A stretch of 64,000 nucleotides of DNA from Hydrogenophaga sp. (GCF_011772445.1 NZ_WVZN01000017.1:67622-131621); one strand, 5' to 3'; shown: positions 10,997-23,235, counted from the first letter of the stretch. Numbers and translations are program-made. The notes: generated by a model not told the origin, from the sequence alone.

Positions 10997-12412
10997 ATGA
11001 ACCTTCCCCCCCTGACCGCCGATTACGTGGTCGTCGGCGCGGGCGCCGTGGGCATGGCCCTGGCCGACACGCTGGTGACCGAGAGCGAGGCCCGCGTGGT
11101 CCTGGTGGACCGCCGCGCCCACCCCGGCGGCCACTGGAACGACGCCTACCCCTTCGTGCGCCTGCACGGCCCCTCGGCCATCTACGGCGTGAACTCCATG
11201 CCCTTGGGCAGCGGACGGATCGACGAGACCGGGCTCAACCGGGGCCTGCACGAGCTGGCCAGCGGGGCCGAGATCCTCGACTACTACCAGCGCGTGCTGA
11301 ATGATCGCCTGCTGGCCAGCGGGCGCGTGCACTGGCTGCCGCTGCACGACGTGGACGCGCAGGGCGTGGCGGTCTCGCTCGTGAACGGCGAGCGCCGGCC
11401 GCTGGTGGCCAGCCAGCGCTGGGTGGACGCGTCACGGGCCGATACCCAGGTGCCGGCCACGCACGGGCCGCGCTTCGCCGTGGCCGAGGGCGTGCGCTGC
11501 CTCACACCCACCGAACTGGTGCACCACCGCGAGCCGGCGGCAGGGTTCGTCATCGTGGGCGGCGGCAAGACGGCCATGGACACGGCCCTGTGGCTGCTGG
11601 GGCGGGGCGTGGACCCGGACACCATCACCTGGATCCGCCCGCGCGAGGCCTGGGTGCTCAACCGCGCCAACGTGCAGCCGGCCGCGCCCTTCGCCCTGCC
11701 GACCCTGGCCGCGATGGTGAACGAGCTGGAGATTGCTCGCGATGCGGGCTCCTTGTCGGAGTTGTTCGAACGGCTCGAAGCGGCGCGCCTGCTGCAACGC
11801 ATCGACACCGGCGTGGAGCCCACGATGTTCCGATGCGCCATCCTCAGCGAAGCCGAGCTGGCGCAGTTGCGCCGCATCCGCCGCGTGGTGCGCCTGGGCC
11901 ATGTGCGCGCCATCGAGCGCGATCGCATCGTGCTGGATCGGGGCGAGATCGCCACCTCGACACAGCAGGTGCATGTGCACTGCAGCGCGGGGGGCCTGCC
12001 GCGTGGCCCGATGGAGCCGATCTTCCAGGGCGAGCGCATCGTGCCGCAGTACGTGCGCCGCTGCTCGCCCACCTTCAGCGCCGCCTTCGTCGCGCACCTG
12101 GCGCTCAGCCCGCTGGACGACGAGCAGCGCAATGCCCTGAGCGCGCCGGTGCCCATACCCAACGAGCCGCTCGACTGGCTGCGCATGCACTTGCACACCG
12201 CGCGCAACCAGTTGGCCTGGGCGCAACGCCCCGAACTGCAGGACTGGTTCCGCCACAGCCGGCTGGAGGCCTACAGCGCCTTGTTCGAGCAGGCGGCGAA
12301 AGAGGCCGACCCCGCTTGGGGCGAGCTGCAAGCGAGGCTGCGGCGTGCGCGCGCGGCTGGGCTGGAGCGCATGGCGGAGTTGCTGCGCTCAGCGCTACCA
12401 TCGCCCGCATGA
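10997..12412 (+). CDS. NAD(P)/FAD-dependent oxidoreductase of unknown function
   Basis: GAGAVG Rossmann motif, PGGHWNDAYPFVRLH, second VGGGKTAMD motif. Confidence 0.8.
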   Translation: MNLPPLTADYVVVGAGAVGMALADTLVTESEARVVLVDRRAHPGGHWNDAYPFVRLHGPSAIYGVNSMPLGSGRIDETGLNRGLHELASGAEILDYYQRVLNDRLLASGRVHWLPLHDVDAQGVAVSLVNGERRPLVASQRWVDASRADTQVPATHGPRFAVAEGVRCLTPTELVHHREPAAGFVIVGGGKTAMDTALWLLGRGVDPDTITWIRPREAWVLNRANVQPAAPFALPTLAAMVNELEIARDAGSLSELFERLEAARLLQRIDTGVEPTMFRCAILSEAELAQLRRIRRVVRLGHVRAIERDRIVLDRGEIATSTQQVHVHCSAGGLPRGPMEPIFQGERIVPQYVRRCSPTFSAAFVAHLALSPLDDEQRNALSAPVPIPNEPLDWLRMHLHTARNQLAWAQRPELQDWFRHSRLEAYSALFEQAAKEADPAWGELQARLRRARAAGLERMAELLRSALPSPA

Positions 12413-12439
12413 CCGGCGTCCTCGAACTGGCGCAAGGCT

Positions 12440-12469
12440 TGATGCTTTCATACGGCATCAATTGATGCC
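12440..12469. promoter_or_regulatory. Putative vapBC autoregulatory operator
   Basis: TGATGC at 12440 plus perfect 16-bp palindrome GGCATCAATTGATGCC at 12454-12469, upstream of the antitoxin. Confidence 0.7.
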
Positions 12470-12502
12470 AGAATCGATGCCTCGACTTCAAGGAGGCACC
12501 GC

Positions 12503-12700
12503 ATGCGAACCACCCTGGCATTGGACGACGAGTTGCTGGCCCGTGCCCAGCAACTGACTGGCCTCAAGGAGCGCACGGCCCTGGTTCGCGAAGCCTTGCA
12601 GGCGCTGATCCAGCGGGAGAGTGCGCGCCGCCTGGCTCGATTGGGCGGTACCGAGCCGAAGGCAAGAGCCGCCCCGCGTCGCGGCTCGGCGGCGAAATGA
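12503..12700 (+). CDS. vapB: VapB-type antitoxin (RHH)
   Basis: MRTTLALDDELL; AGGAGG RBS; ATGA overlap with PIN gene. Confidence 0.88.
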   Translation: MRTTLALDDELLARAQQLTGLKERTALVREALQALIQRESARRLARLGGTEPKARAAPRRGSAAK

Positions 12701-13071
12701 TTCTGGTCGACACCTCGGTCTGGATCGACCATCTGCGCAGCGGCGATCAACGCCTGGTGGGTCTGCTGGAACGCGGCGAGGTGCTGAGCCATCCTTCGGT
12801 GGTGGGTGAGGTTGGCCTGGGCAGCCTGCGGCAACGTGGCGCGATCATCGAATCCTTGCAGGCGCTGCCCATGGCCGTGGTGGCCGCGGACGACGAGGTG
12901 ATGCTCCTGATTGAACAGCACCGCTTGTTTGGTCGCGGCATCGGCTGGATCGACGCCCATCTTCTGGCGTCCGTTCGTTTGACGCCCGGGGCGCGGCTAT
13001 GGACGAACGACAAGCGCCTGTCGGCTCTGGCTCAGACACTGGGTGTGGCTGCCTCGCCGAGCCGCCATTGA
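12697..13071 (+). CDS. vapC: VapC PIN-domain ribonuclease toxin
   Basis: MILVDTSVWIDHL, VVGEV, IGWIDAHLLAS, LWTND. Confidence 0.93.
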   Translation: MILVDTSVWIDHLRSGDQRLVGLLERGEVLSHPSVVGEVGLGSLRQRGAIIESLQALPMAVVAADDEVMLLIEQHRLFGRGIGWIDAHLLASVRLTPGARLWTNDKRLSALAQTLGVAASPSRH

Positions 13072-13077
13072 CGTCCG

Positions 13078-15012
13078 TCAAACGCTTGCCCGCCGGGTGA
13101 GCGCGCGGTCGATGAAGTGCTTCTTCACCGTCGTGCGCGGCACCAGAAACGGCAAATGCTCGAACCAGGCGCGCACGTCTTCCTCCAACCCGGTGCCGTG
13201 CATGTAGTTGTAGAGCGCCTTGCGCAGGCCGATGCCCAGGGCGTCGTGGTCCACGCCCGTGGGGTCGATGAAGCCGACGTCGTTCTTGGCGAAGCTCACC
13301 GGCGGCAGCGGGATCAGTTCGATGCCGTAATCGCCCGGGTTCAGGCCCACCGGTGAATGCACGGTGCAGGAGAAGCGGTGGAAGAAGCCGCTCTGGATGC
13401 AGCCGTTGAGGAAAAGCTGGCGCACGTACTCCAGCGCGTCCACCGTGTCCTGCACGGTCTGCGTGGGAAAGCCGTACATCAGGTAGGCATGCACCAGGAT
13501 GCCCGCGTCGCTGAAGCCCTTGGTGACGCGCGCCACCTGGTCCACCGTCACGCCCTTCTTCATGAGCGTGAGCAGGCGGTCGCTCGCCACCTCGAGCCCG
13601 CCACTCATGGCGATGCAACCGCTGTCGGCCAGCAGTTGCGAGAGCTCGGGGGTGAAGGTTTTTTCGAAGCGGATGTTGCCCCACCAGCTGATGGCCAGGT
13701 CGCGGCGCAGCAGCTCTTCGGCCAGGGCTTTCAGGGCCTTCGGCGGCGCGGCCTCGTCGACGAAGTGAAAGCCCGTCTGGCCCGTTTCGTCGACGATGCG
13801 TTCGATGCGGTCCACCAGCGTGCGCGCCTCGGCGGTTTCGTAGCGGCCGATGTAGTCCAGCCCCACGTCGCAGAAGCTGCACTTCTTCCAGTAGCAGCCG
13901 TGCGCCACCGTCAGCTTGTTCCAGCGCCCGTCGCTCCAGAGCCGGTGCATGGGGTTGAGCATGTCGAGCAGGCTCAGGTAGTCGTGCAGGGGCAGGCCGT
14001 CCCAGGTGGGTGTGCCCACGTCTTCGAAGGGCACGTCGGGTTCGGCGAGGTTGACGTACTTCACGGCGCCGGCGTCGTCGCGCCGGAAGGTGCGCACCAG
14101 CCGTTGCGGACCGCGTTGGCCCTGCAGGTGTTCGATGAGCGCGAGCAGCGGTCGCTCGCCGGCGTCCAGCGTCACGTAGTCGACGAGGTCGAACAGGCGC
14201 GCTTCCTTCAGCTCGCGCAGCTCGGTGTTGACGTAGCCGCCACCGAGCGCGATGGGCATGTCCGGCCAGCGCGCCTTGACGGCCTGCGCGATGCGCAGCG
14301 CGCCATAGACCGCGCCCGGGAAAGGCACCGAGAGCAGCAACAGTTGCGGTGCGTGCCGCTCGACGGCCGCGAGTGCCAGCGCCTGCAGCGTGTCGTCCAC
14401 CAGGGTGGGCGGCGCGGCCAGGGCCTGCGCGAGCGGCTCGAAGCTGGGCTGGCTGCTGGCCAGCGATTCGCCGTAGCGCACGAAGGCGAAGCGCTCGTCC
14501 ACGGCGTCGCGGATCACATCGGCCAGGTCGTCCAGGAACAGCGTGGCGATGTGGCGTGCGCGGTCGTTCGTGCCGAGTGCGCCGAAGGCCCAGCCGAGCG
14601 GGTCGCCGCTGTCGTCGTCGTTCAGGTGGTCGTACTGGTCCAGCGCGGCGAAACGCGGGCCTTCGGGCAGCAGCTCGCGCGCGGCGATGCGGTGCGCCAG
14701 CGTGCTGTCGCGCCCTTGCAGGAATGCGATGGTGGGCCCGATGGCGCGGCGGTGGCGCGCGAAGTTGTCCAGGAAGGCGTGCACGCTGGCCGAACGCCGT
14801 GCCTCGGGCTGCGCCAGGGCGCGTTCGCGGATCGCGTCCAGCCCGGCGGGCGTGAACAGCCTGAGCACCAGCGCCAGCGCCAGGTCGGTCTGCACCGCGT
14901 CGATGCCGCGCGAGCGCAGGAAGCCCGTGAGGTACGCGGTGGAGGGGTAGGGCGTGTTGAGCTGCGTCATCGGCGGGATGACGCTGAGCACGCGAAAAGC
15001 GGAGGCGGTCAT
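13078..15012 (-). CDS. B12-binding-domain radical SAM protein
   Basis: CYWKKCSFC (CxxxCxxC), ALGGGY cobalamin-domain motif, SGGLE, YLMYGFP; start trimmed to MTASAF. Confidence 0.88.
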   Translation of the reverse strand: MTASAFRVLSVIPPMTQLNTPYPSTAYLTGFLRSRGIDAVQTDLALALVLRLFTPAGLDAIRERALAQPEARRSASVHAFLDNFARHRRAIGPTIAFLQGRDSTLAHRIAARELLPEGPRFAALDQYDHLNDDDSGDPLGWAFGALGTNDRARHIATLFLDDLADVIRDAVDERFAFVRYGESLASSQPSFEPLAQALAAPPTLVDDTLQALALAAVERHAPQLLLLSVPFPGAVYGALRIAQAVKARWPDMPIALGGGYVNTELRELKEARLFDLVDYVTLDAGERPLLALIEHLQGQRGPQRLVRTFRRDDAGAVKYVNLAEPDVPFEDVGTPTWDGLPLHDYLSLLDMLNPMHRLWSDGRWNKLTVAHGCYWKKCSFCDVGLDYIGRYETAEARTLVDRIERIVDETGQTGFHFVDEAAPPKALKALAEELLRRDLAISWWGNIRFEKTFTPELSQLLADSGCIAMSGGLEVASDRLLTLMKKGVTVDQVARVTKGFSDAGILVHAYLMYGFPTQTVQDTVDALEYVRQLFLNGCIQSGFFHRFSCTVHSPVGLNPGDYGIELIPLPPVSFAKNDVGFIDPTGVDHDALGIGLRKALYNYMHGTGLEEDVRAWFEHLPFLVPRTTVKKHFIDRALTRRASV

Positions 15013-15120
15013 GGCAAGGCGTGGGGTCGGCGGGCAGTGTACGGCGGGGCGCCCGGCCCTCGTTTGGGAGTGGACGCTCACCCGGCGGCAAGCCTAGGAT
15101 CGCGCCGCAGGAGGTGGACC

Positions 15121-15957
15121 ATGTCGACACTGTCCGGAACCATGCTCGCCATGGCGGCGCTGACCATGGCAGGTGCCGCTGGCGCCCAGGGTCTGCGACC
15201 CGATGCGCTGGCGATGTTCGGCGGGCGCTACGCGCTCGATTGCGCCAAGGCCGAGTCGCCGCGCGTGCTGGTCGAGGCGCGACAGATGCGCATCGAGCAG
15301 GGCAATCAACGCATCACCGTGGGCACGCTCGATTCGGCGTTCAGCTACTTCGGCCGGAATCCACCGCCCGATTTTCGCGTGGCGCTGCTGGGCCAGGTGC
15401 AGGGGCGGCACGAGGTGATTGCCCTGGTGAACGCCGACGGCAAGGGGCAGTACCTCTCGCTCGATGGCGACCGCACCGTGATGGCGAACCTGGGCGCCCT
15501 GGGCCAGGCGAAGTTCCGCCACTGCAACGAGGCCGCCAACCGCCAGGCGGTGGCCGACCAGCAGGCAGCGAAACAGGCCGAAGCCGCGGCCCGCGCGCCC
15601 GTGGCGCCGGGCACAGCGAAGCACCCCTCGGAGCTGATCCGCGACCCGCGCTTCAAGCCCGCTTACCGGCGCGCGCTCGGGCCGTTGTCGCGAATACCCT
15701 GGCTGAGCGAGATGAACGGCCCCGCGCCCGACCTGCGGCAGCAGCGCATCGGCGGCGTGAACTACACCGTGGCCGCGTTCTGCCAGCCGCACGACTGCGG
15801 CGACAACAACGCCGTGTTGCTGTACGACGCGGCGCAGGGCCGCGTGTATGGCTTGTTGCAGCAGAAGGGCAAGACCCAGACCTTCGGCTCGCCGCCCGGA
15901 CCGTTGCTTATCGACCTGAACGCGATCTGGCGGCGGGAGTGGGGTCAGGGGCGCTGA
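15121..15957 (+). CDS. Exported Ivy-family C-type lysozyme inhibitor with an extra N-terminal domain
   Basis: Signal peptide; C-terminal CQPHDC loop (15781-15798) matching the Ivy CKPHDC motif. Confidence 0.78.
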   Translation: MSTLSGTMLAMAALTMAGAAGAQGLRPDALAMFGGRYALDCAKAESPRVLVEARQMRIEQGNQRITVGTLDSAFSYFGRNPPPDFRVALLGQVQGRHEVIALVNADGKGQYLSLDGDRTVMANLGALGQAKFRHCNEAANRQAVADQQAAKQAEAAARAPVAPGTAKHPSELIRDPRFKPAYRRALGPLSRIPWLSEMNGPAPDLRQQRIGGVNYTVAAFCQPHDCGDNNAVLLYDAAQGRVYGLLQQKGKTQTFGSPPGPLLIDLNAIWRREWGQGR

Positions 15958-15973
15958 GGCCCTGGCTAGCCAC

Positions 15974-18883
<2,910 letters not shown>

Positions 18884-18909
18884 GGCGGGCCTCGGTGGCG
18901 GAGAAAAGG

Positions 18910-19287
18910 TCAGGCGTTGTCCTTGACGAACTTCTGGTAGGCCGGCTCGTCCATGAGCGGATCGAACTGGCTCATGTCCTTGATGAGGACCTTGAAGAAC
19001 CAGCCATTGCCCAGCGGGTCGCTGTTGGCCAGCGAAGGGTCGGCGCGCAGGGCCTCGTTGACCTCGGTCACTTCGCCGTCCAGCGGCATGTAGACGTCGG
19101 CCGCGGCTTTCACCGATTCCACGACACCGGCCACCTCGCCCTTGGCGTAGCTTCGGCCCACCTCGGGCAGTTCGACGAACACCACATCGCCCAGCGCGTC
19201 CTGCGCATGCAGGGTGATGCCGACGACGGCGGCCTCGTGGTCCTCGAGCTGGATCCACTCGTGATCGGGGGTGTATTTGACGGTCAT
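18910..19287 (-). CDS. gcvH: Glycine cleavage system H protein
   Basis: [23 protein letters not shown] lipoyl-lysine motif. Confidence 0.98.
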   Translation of the reverse strand: MTVKYTPDHEWIQLEDHEAAVVGITLHAQDALGDVVFVELPEVGRSYAKGEVAGVVESVKAAADVYMPLDGEVTEVNEALRADPSLANSDPLGNGWFFKVLIKDMSQFDPLMDEPAYQKFVKDNA

Positions 19288-19305
19288 GGTCGGTCTCCTG
19301 GGCGT

Positions 19306-20442
19306 TCAGCCACGGTGGTAACGGTTGGGGACGAAGGGCAAGGCGGATACCTGCATGGGCACGGCCTTGCCGCGCACCATGGCGTTCAGTCGCGTGCCCA
19401 CGGCGGCGAAGGCCGGTGGCACGTAGCCCATGGCGATGGGCTGGTTGATGCTGGGGCCGAGCAGGCCGCTGGTGACTTCACCGAGGCGCTCGCCGGCCTC
19501 GCTCTGCAATTCGGTGTGCTCGCGCACCGGTACGCGTTCCCGGGCGATCAGGCCGACGCGCACGCGCTGCGGCGGCGTGGTGCCGTCGAGTTGCGCCAGC
19601 ACGCGATCGGCGCCGGGGAAGCCGCCCGCGCGTGCGCCGCCCGTGCGGCGCACCTTCTGCATGGCCCAGTTCAACGCGGCCTCCACGGGCGTGGTGGTGG
19701 TGTCGATGTCGTTGCCGTAGAGGCACAGGCCGGCCTCCAGGCGCAGCGAGTTGCGCGCGCCCAGGCCCACGGGCTTCACTTCGGGCTGTTCGAGCAGGGC
19801 GCGCGCGAAGGCCTCGGTGTCGGCAGCGGCCAGGGAAATCTCGAAACCGTCCTCGCCGGTGTAGCCGCTGCGCGTGATGAAGAGCGATTGGCCTTGCCAG
19901 GCGAAGGAGCCACCGGTCATGAAGACCAGCTTCTCGACGCCGGGCACCAGGCGCTGCAGCGCCGCTACGGCCTGCGGGCCCTGCAGCGCGAGCAGGCCGC
20001 GGTCGAACTGCGGCTCGATGGTGCAGCGCGCGCCGATGCGATCGGCGATGTGCTTGAGGTCGCCGTGCTTGCAGGCGCCGTTGACGATGACGAAGAGATC
20101 CTCGCCCCGGTTCACGAACATCAGGTCGTCGATGACCGTGCCCTCGTCGGTGAGCAGCAGGCCGTAGCGCTGCTTGCCGGGCGCCAGGCCGATCACGTCC
20201 ACCGGCATCAGGCTTTCGAAGGCGGCGGCCGCGTCGGGGCCGATCAGCCGCAGCTGGCCCATGTGCGAGACGTCGAACAGGCCGGCGGCGCTGCGCGTGT
20301 GCAGGTGCTCGGCCATCAGGCCCGCCGGGTATTGCACCGGCATGCTGTAGCCCGCAAAAGGCACCATGCGCGCGCCCAGTTCAAGGTGCAGCGCGTGCAG
20401 CGGGGTCTGAAGGAGATCGGAGGAGGCGTCGGAGGCGGACAA
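19306..20442 (-). CDS. gcvT: Aminomethyltransferase, glycine cleavage T protein
   Basis: [40 protein letters not shown]; TTG start. Confidence 0.97.
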   Translation of the reverse strand: MSASDASSDLLQTPLHALHLELGARMVPFAGYSMPVQYPAGLMAEHLHTRSAAGLFDVSHMGQLRLIGPDAAAAFESLMPVDVIGLAPGKQRYGLLLTDEGTVIDDLMFVNRGEDLFVIVNGACKHGDLKHIADRIGARCTIEPQFDRGLLALQGPQAVAALQRLVPGVEKLVFMTGGSFAWQGQSLFITRSGYTGEDGFEISLAAADTEAFARALLEQPEVKPVGLGARNSLRLEAGLCLYGNDIDTTTTPVEAALNWAMQKVRRTGGARAGGFPGADRVLAQLDGTTPPQRVRVGLIARERVPVREHTELQSEAGERLGEVTSGLLGPSINQPIAMGYVPPAFAAVGTRLNAMVRGKAVPMQVSALPFVPNRYHRG

Positions 20443-20504
20443 GGCGGGCTCGCTGGCGGGGGCAGGCCCCTCGCGGGGCGGGACACGGGCTCATCCGTGC
20501 GCTG

Positions 20505-20706
20505 CCCCACTGTCCGCTTTACCTGAGAGATTCACGCGGGCGATGCCGCGCTTGCTCCTTCGGTGGACCCCATCGGGTGGGGCCTCTCTCCAGGGGGGAT
20601 CGCCTGCCGTTCGGCGGGCGTCTGCCAGTCCTTTTGCCTGAGCGTTCGGGGCCGTTCCAGCCTCCTGCGCCTTCGGCGGTTCCTCGAAGGAACGCTCTCC
20701 TGACAA
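20505..20706 (-). promoter_or_regulatory. Tandem glycine riboswitch (two aptamers)
   Basis: Minus strand reads GGAGAG..GAAGGCGCA..CTCAGGCAAAAGGAC, then GGAGAG..CACCGAAGGAGCAA..CTCTCAGGTAAAGCGGACAG, directly upstream of gcvT. Confidence 0.96.
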
Positions 20707-20714
20707 TGCGGCGG

Positions 20715-20720
20715 ATTCTA
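20715..20720 (-). promoter_or_regulatory. Putative -10 box (TAGAAT) for the gcv leader
   Basis: TAGAAT on the minus strand 8 nt upstream of aptamer 1. Confidence 0.5.
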
Positions 20721-20775
20721 GCCGGGAAGCCGGCGTGCACGGCGCCCGACCCTGATCCGCGCCGGGGCGGGCCGC

Positions 20776-21282
20776 TCAGGCTTCCTGCAGCGCCGACTCC
20801 GGCAGCACCTTCGCCAGGCGCTCACGGATCGACGCCGCGCGTTCCGCCCCCGCGACGCGCTCGATCTCGGTGAGCATCTCCTGGCCCACGGTCATCATGC
20901 TGTTCGCGTCACGCGCTTCACGCAGCGCCTGACGGAAGCGGTCGGCCAGGGCGCGGTCGCGCGCGGCGAACATGCGGTCCGACAGGTCGAACAGGAACAT
21001 GCGCGCGCTGGCGAGGGAGCGCGGGCCGCTGAAGGTATCGACCGAACCGCGCGGCGGCGGAGGCACCGGGCGCGCGGGTGGTGCCGCGGGCGCCTGTTCG
21101 ATGAGGTAGCCACCGGCGATCAGCGCCTCCACCATCGCGCGGCCTTCGCCGTGGAAGAGGGCGTTGAGGGAATCGGTGGACTTGCGGCCGTCGGCCACGA
21201 GCAGGATGGCGCGCTCGCGTTGGCCCAGCGTGCGCTGGCCGGGCAGGAGTTCGCTGCGGCCTTTGTCGGTCTTGATGAGCAT
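20776..21282 (-). CDS. Hypothetical protein (winged-helix-like N-terminus, Pro/Ala linker, helical C-terminus)
   Basis: Fills the gap between the gcv leader and the ETF-QO terminator; coding-like composition; no function recognised. Confidence 0.75.
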   Translation of the reverse strand: MLIKTDKGRSELLPGQRTLGQRERAILLVADGRKSTDSLNALFHGEGRAMVEALIAGGYLIEQAPAAPPARPVPPPPRGSVDTFSGPRSLASARMFLFDLSDRMFAARDRALADRFRQALREARDANSMMTVGQEMLTEIERVAGAERAASIRERLAKVLPESALQEA

Positions 21283-21355
21283 GGCGTTTCGCAGGGTGCT
21301 GCAGAATAAGCAGCACTCTGGGCAGGCCGGATGACGGTTGCGTTACAGCGGACGC

Positions 21356-21380
21356 AAAAAGGCCGCCCGTGGGCGGCCTC
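21356..21380 (-). terminator. Rho-independent terminator after ETF-QO
   Basis: Minus strand GAGGCCGCCC-AC-GGGCGGCC followed by TTTTT. Confidence 0.8.
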
Positions 21381-21416
21381 TCGGGGATCGCGTGAGGGAC
21401 GTCACGCCACGGGCGC

Positions 21417-23102
21417 TCACATCCCCGCGTAATTCGGCCCGCCGCCGCCCTCGGGCGTCACCCAGACGATGTTCTGCGTCGGGTCCTTGATGTCGCAGGT
21501 CTTGCAGTGCACGCAGTTCTGCGCGTTGATCTGCAGGCGGTCCTCGCCGGTGTCGGTCTTCACGAATTCGTACACGCCGGCCGGGCAGTAGCGGCTCTCG
21601 GGACCCGCGTACGTCGCCAGGTTCACCTGCACCGGCACCGTGCTGTTCTTCAGCGTCAGGTGCGCGGGCTGGTTTTCTTCGTGGTTGGTGTTGGAGACGA
21701 AGACGCTGGAGAGCCGGTCGAAGGTGAGCACACCGTCCGCCTTGGGGTAGGCGATCTTCGGCATCTGGTCGGCCGGCTTCAGGTACTCGTGGTCGGGCTT
21801 GGTTCGGTGCAGGGTCCAGGGCGGGGCGCTCACGCCGATCTTGGGCAGCAGCCACTGCTCGATGCCCGTCATGAGCTTGCCCATGAGCGGGCCCTTCTTG
21901 AACCAGGCCTTGAAGTTGCGCGTCTGCCAGAGTTCCTCGTGCAGCCAGCTCTTCTCGAAGGCGGCGGGGTAGGCGCTCAATTCGTCGCTGGAGCGGCCGG
22001 CGGTCACGGCCTCGTACGCGGCCTCGGCACACAGCATGCCGCTCTTGATGGCCGCGTGGCTGCCCTTGATGCGCGCGGCGTTGAGGTAACCCGCGTCGCA
22101 GCCCACCAGCGCGCCGCCGGGGAACACGGTCTTGGGCATGGCCTGCGGCGTGCCGTTGTTGATGGCGCGCGCGCCGTAGCCCAGGCGCTTGCCGCCCTCG
22201 ATGTGCGCCTTGATGGCCGGGTGCGTCTTCCAGCGCTGCATCTCCTCGAAGGGCGAGAGCCAGGGGTTGCTGTAGTCCAGCCCGATGACGAAACCCAGCG
22301 TGACCTTGTTGTCCTCCAGGTGGTAGAGGAAGCCACCGCCGAAGGTGTCGTCCGTCATGGGCCAGCCGGCGGTGTGCACCACCAGGCCGGGCCTGGCCTT
22401 GTCGGCCGGGATCTCCCACAGCTCCTTCACGCCGATCGCCCAGCTCGACGGGTCCTTGCCCTTGTCGAGGTCGAACTTGCCGATGAGCTGCTTGCCCAGG
22501 TGGCCGCGCGCGCCTTCGGCGAACACCGTGTACTTCGCGTGCAGTTCCATGCCGAGCTGGAAGGCCTCGGTGGGCTCGCCATCCTTGCCGATGCCTTGAT
22601 TGCCGGTGGCCACGCCTTTCACCGAGCCATCGTCGTTGTAGAGGATCTCGGCGGCGGTGAAGCCCGGGAAGATCTCCACGCCCAGTGCCTCGGCCTGCTC
22701 GGCCAGCCACTTCACCACATTGCCCAGGCTGATGACGTAGCAGCCGTCGTTGTGGAAGTTGCGCGGCATCAGGAAGTCGGGCGTGCGGCTCGACCCCGTC
22801 TCGCTGAGCATGAGCAAGTCATCACCGGTGACGGGCTGGTTCAGCGGCGCGCCGCGCTCCTTCCAGTCGGGGAACAGTTCGTTGATGCCGCGCGGGTCCA
22901 TCACGGCGCCGGAGAGGATGTGCGCGCCCGGCTCGGAGCCTTTCTCCAGTACGCAGACGTTGACCTCGGTGCCTTTTTCGGCGGCCAGTTGCTTCAGGCG
23001 GATGGCGGTGGACAGGCCGGCAGGGCCGGCGCCGACCACGACCACGTCGTATTCCATGGCTTCGCGGGGGCCGAACCGGGCCAGGATCTCGTCATGCGTC
23101 AT
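21417..23102 (-). CDS. Electron transfer flavoprotein-ubiquinone oxidoreductase
   Basis: GAGPAG, HILSGAVMDP, RIKGSHAAIKSG, CPAGVYE and CVHCKTCDIKDP 4Fe-4S motifs. Confidence 0.97.
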   Translation of the reverse strand: MTHDEILARFGPREAMEYDVVVVGAGPAGLSTAIRLKQLAAEKGTEVNVCVLEKGSEPGAHILSGAVMDPRGINELFPDWKERGAPLNQPVTGDDLLMLSETGSSRTPDFLMPRNFHNDGCYVISLGNVVKWLAEQAEALGVEIFPGFTAAEILYNDDGSVKGVATGNQGIGKDGEPTEAFQLGMELHAKYTVFAEGARGHLGKQLIGKFDLDKGKDPSSWAIGVKELWEIPADKARPGLVVHTAGWPMTDDTFGGGFLYHLEDNKVTLGFVIGLDYSNPWLSPFEEMQRWKTHPAIKAHIEGGKRLGYGARAINNGTPQAMPKTVFPGGALVGCDAGYLNAARIKGSHAAIKSGMLCAEAAYEAVTAGRSSDELSAYPAAFEKSWLHEELWQTRNFKAWFKKGPLMGKLMTGIEQWLLPKIGVSAPPWTLHRTKPDHEYLKPADQMPKIAYPKADGVLTFDRLSSVFVSNTNHEENQPAHLTLKNSTVPVQVNLATYAGPESRYCPAGVYEFVKTDTGEDRLQINAQNCVHCKTCDIKDPTQNIVWVTPEGGGGPNYAGM

Positions 23103-23235
23103 GGGGGGTCTCGCTCATAATGTTTGACAGCCTCCGGCCGCTCTCCTTTGCGAAGGGCTCTTGTCCCGGAGTGGACCGCATTTTATGCGGCGAGCGCACA
23201 AAATCGAACGACCGTTCACATTTGGGAGCCTCAGC

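Noticed and set aside
13357-15120. N-terminal 588 aa of the 866-aa ORF 13357-15957
   Set aside because: Antisense to the radical SAM gene; the real protein starts at 15121 with a signal peptide, so this is not a giant fusion.
18884-19258. Apparent N-terminal extension of gcvP (1094-aa ORF)
   Set aside because: Overlaps gcvH in another frame; GcvP homology begins at about 18883.
20491-20740. Small ORFs over the gcvT leader
   Set aside because: They coincide with the glycine riboswitch and have no coding signature.
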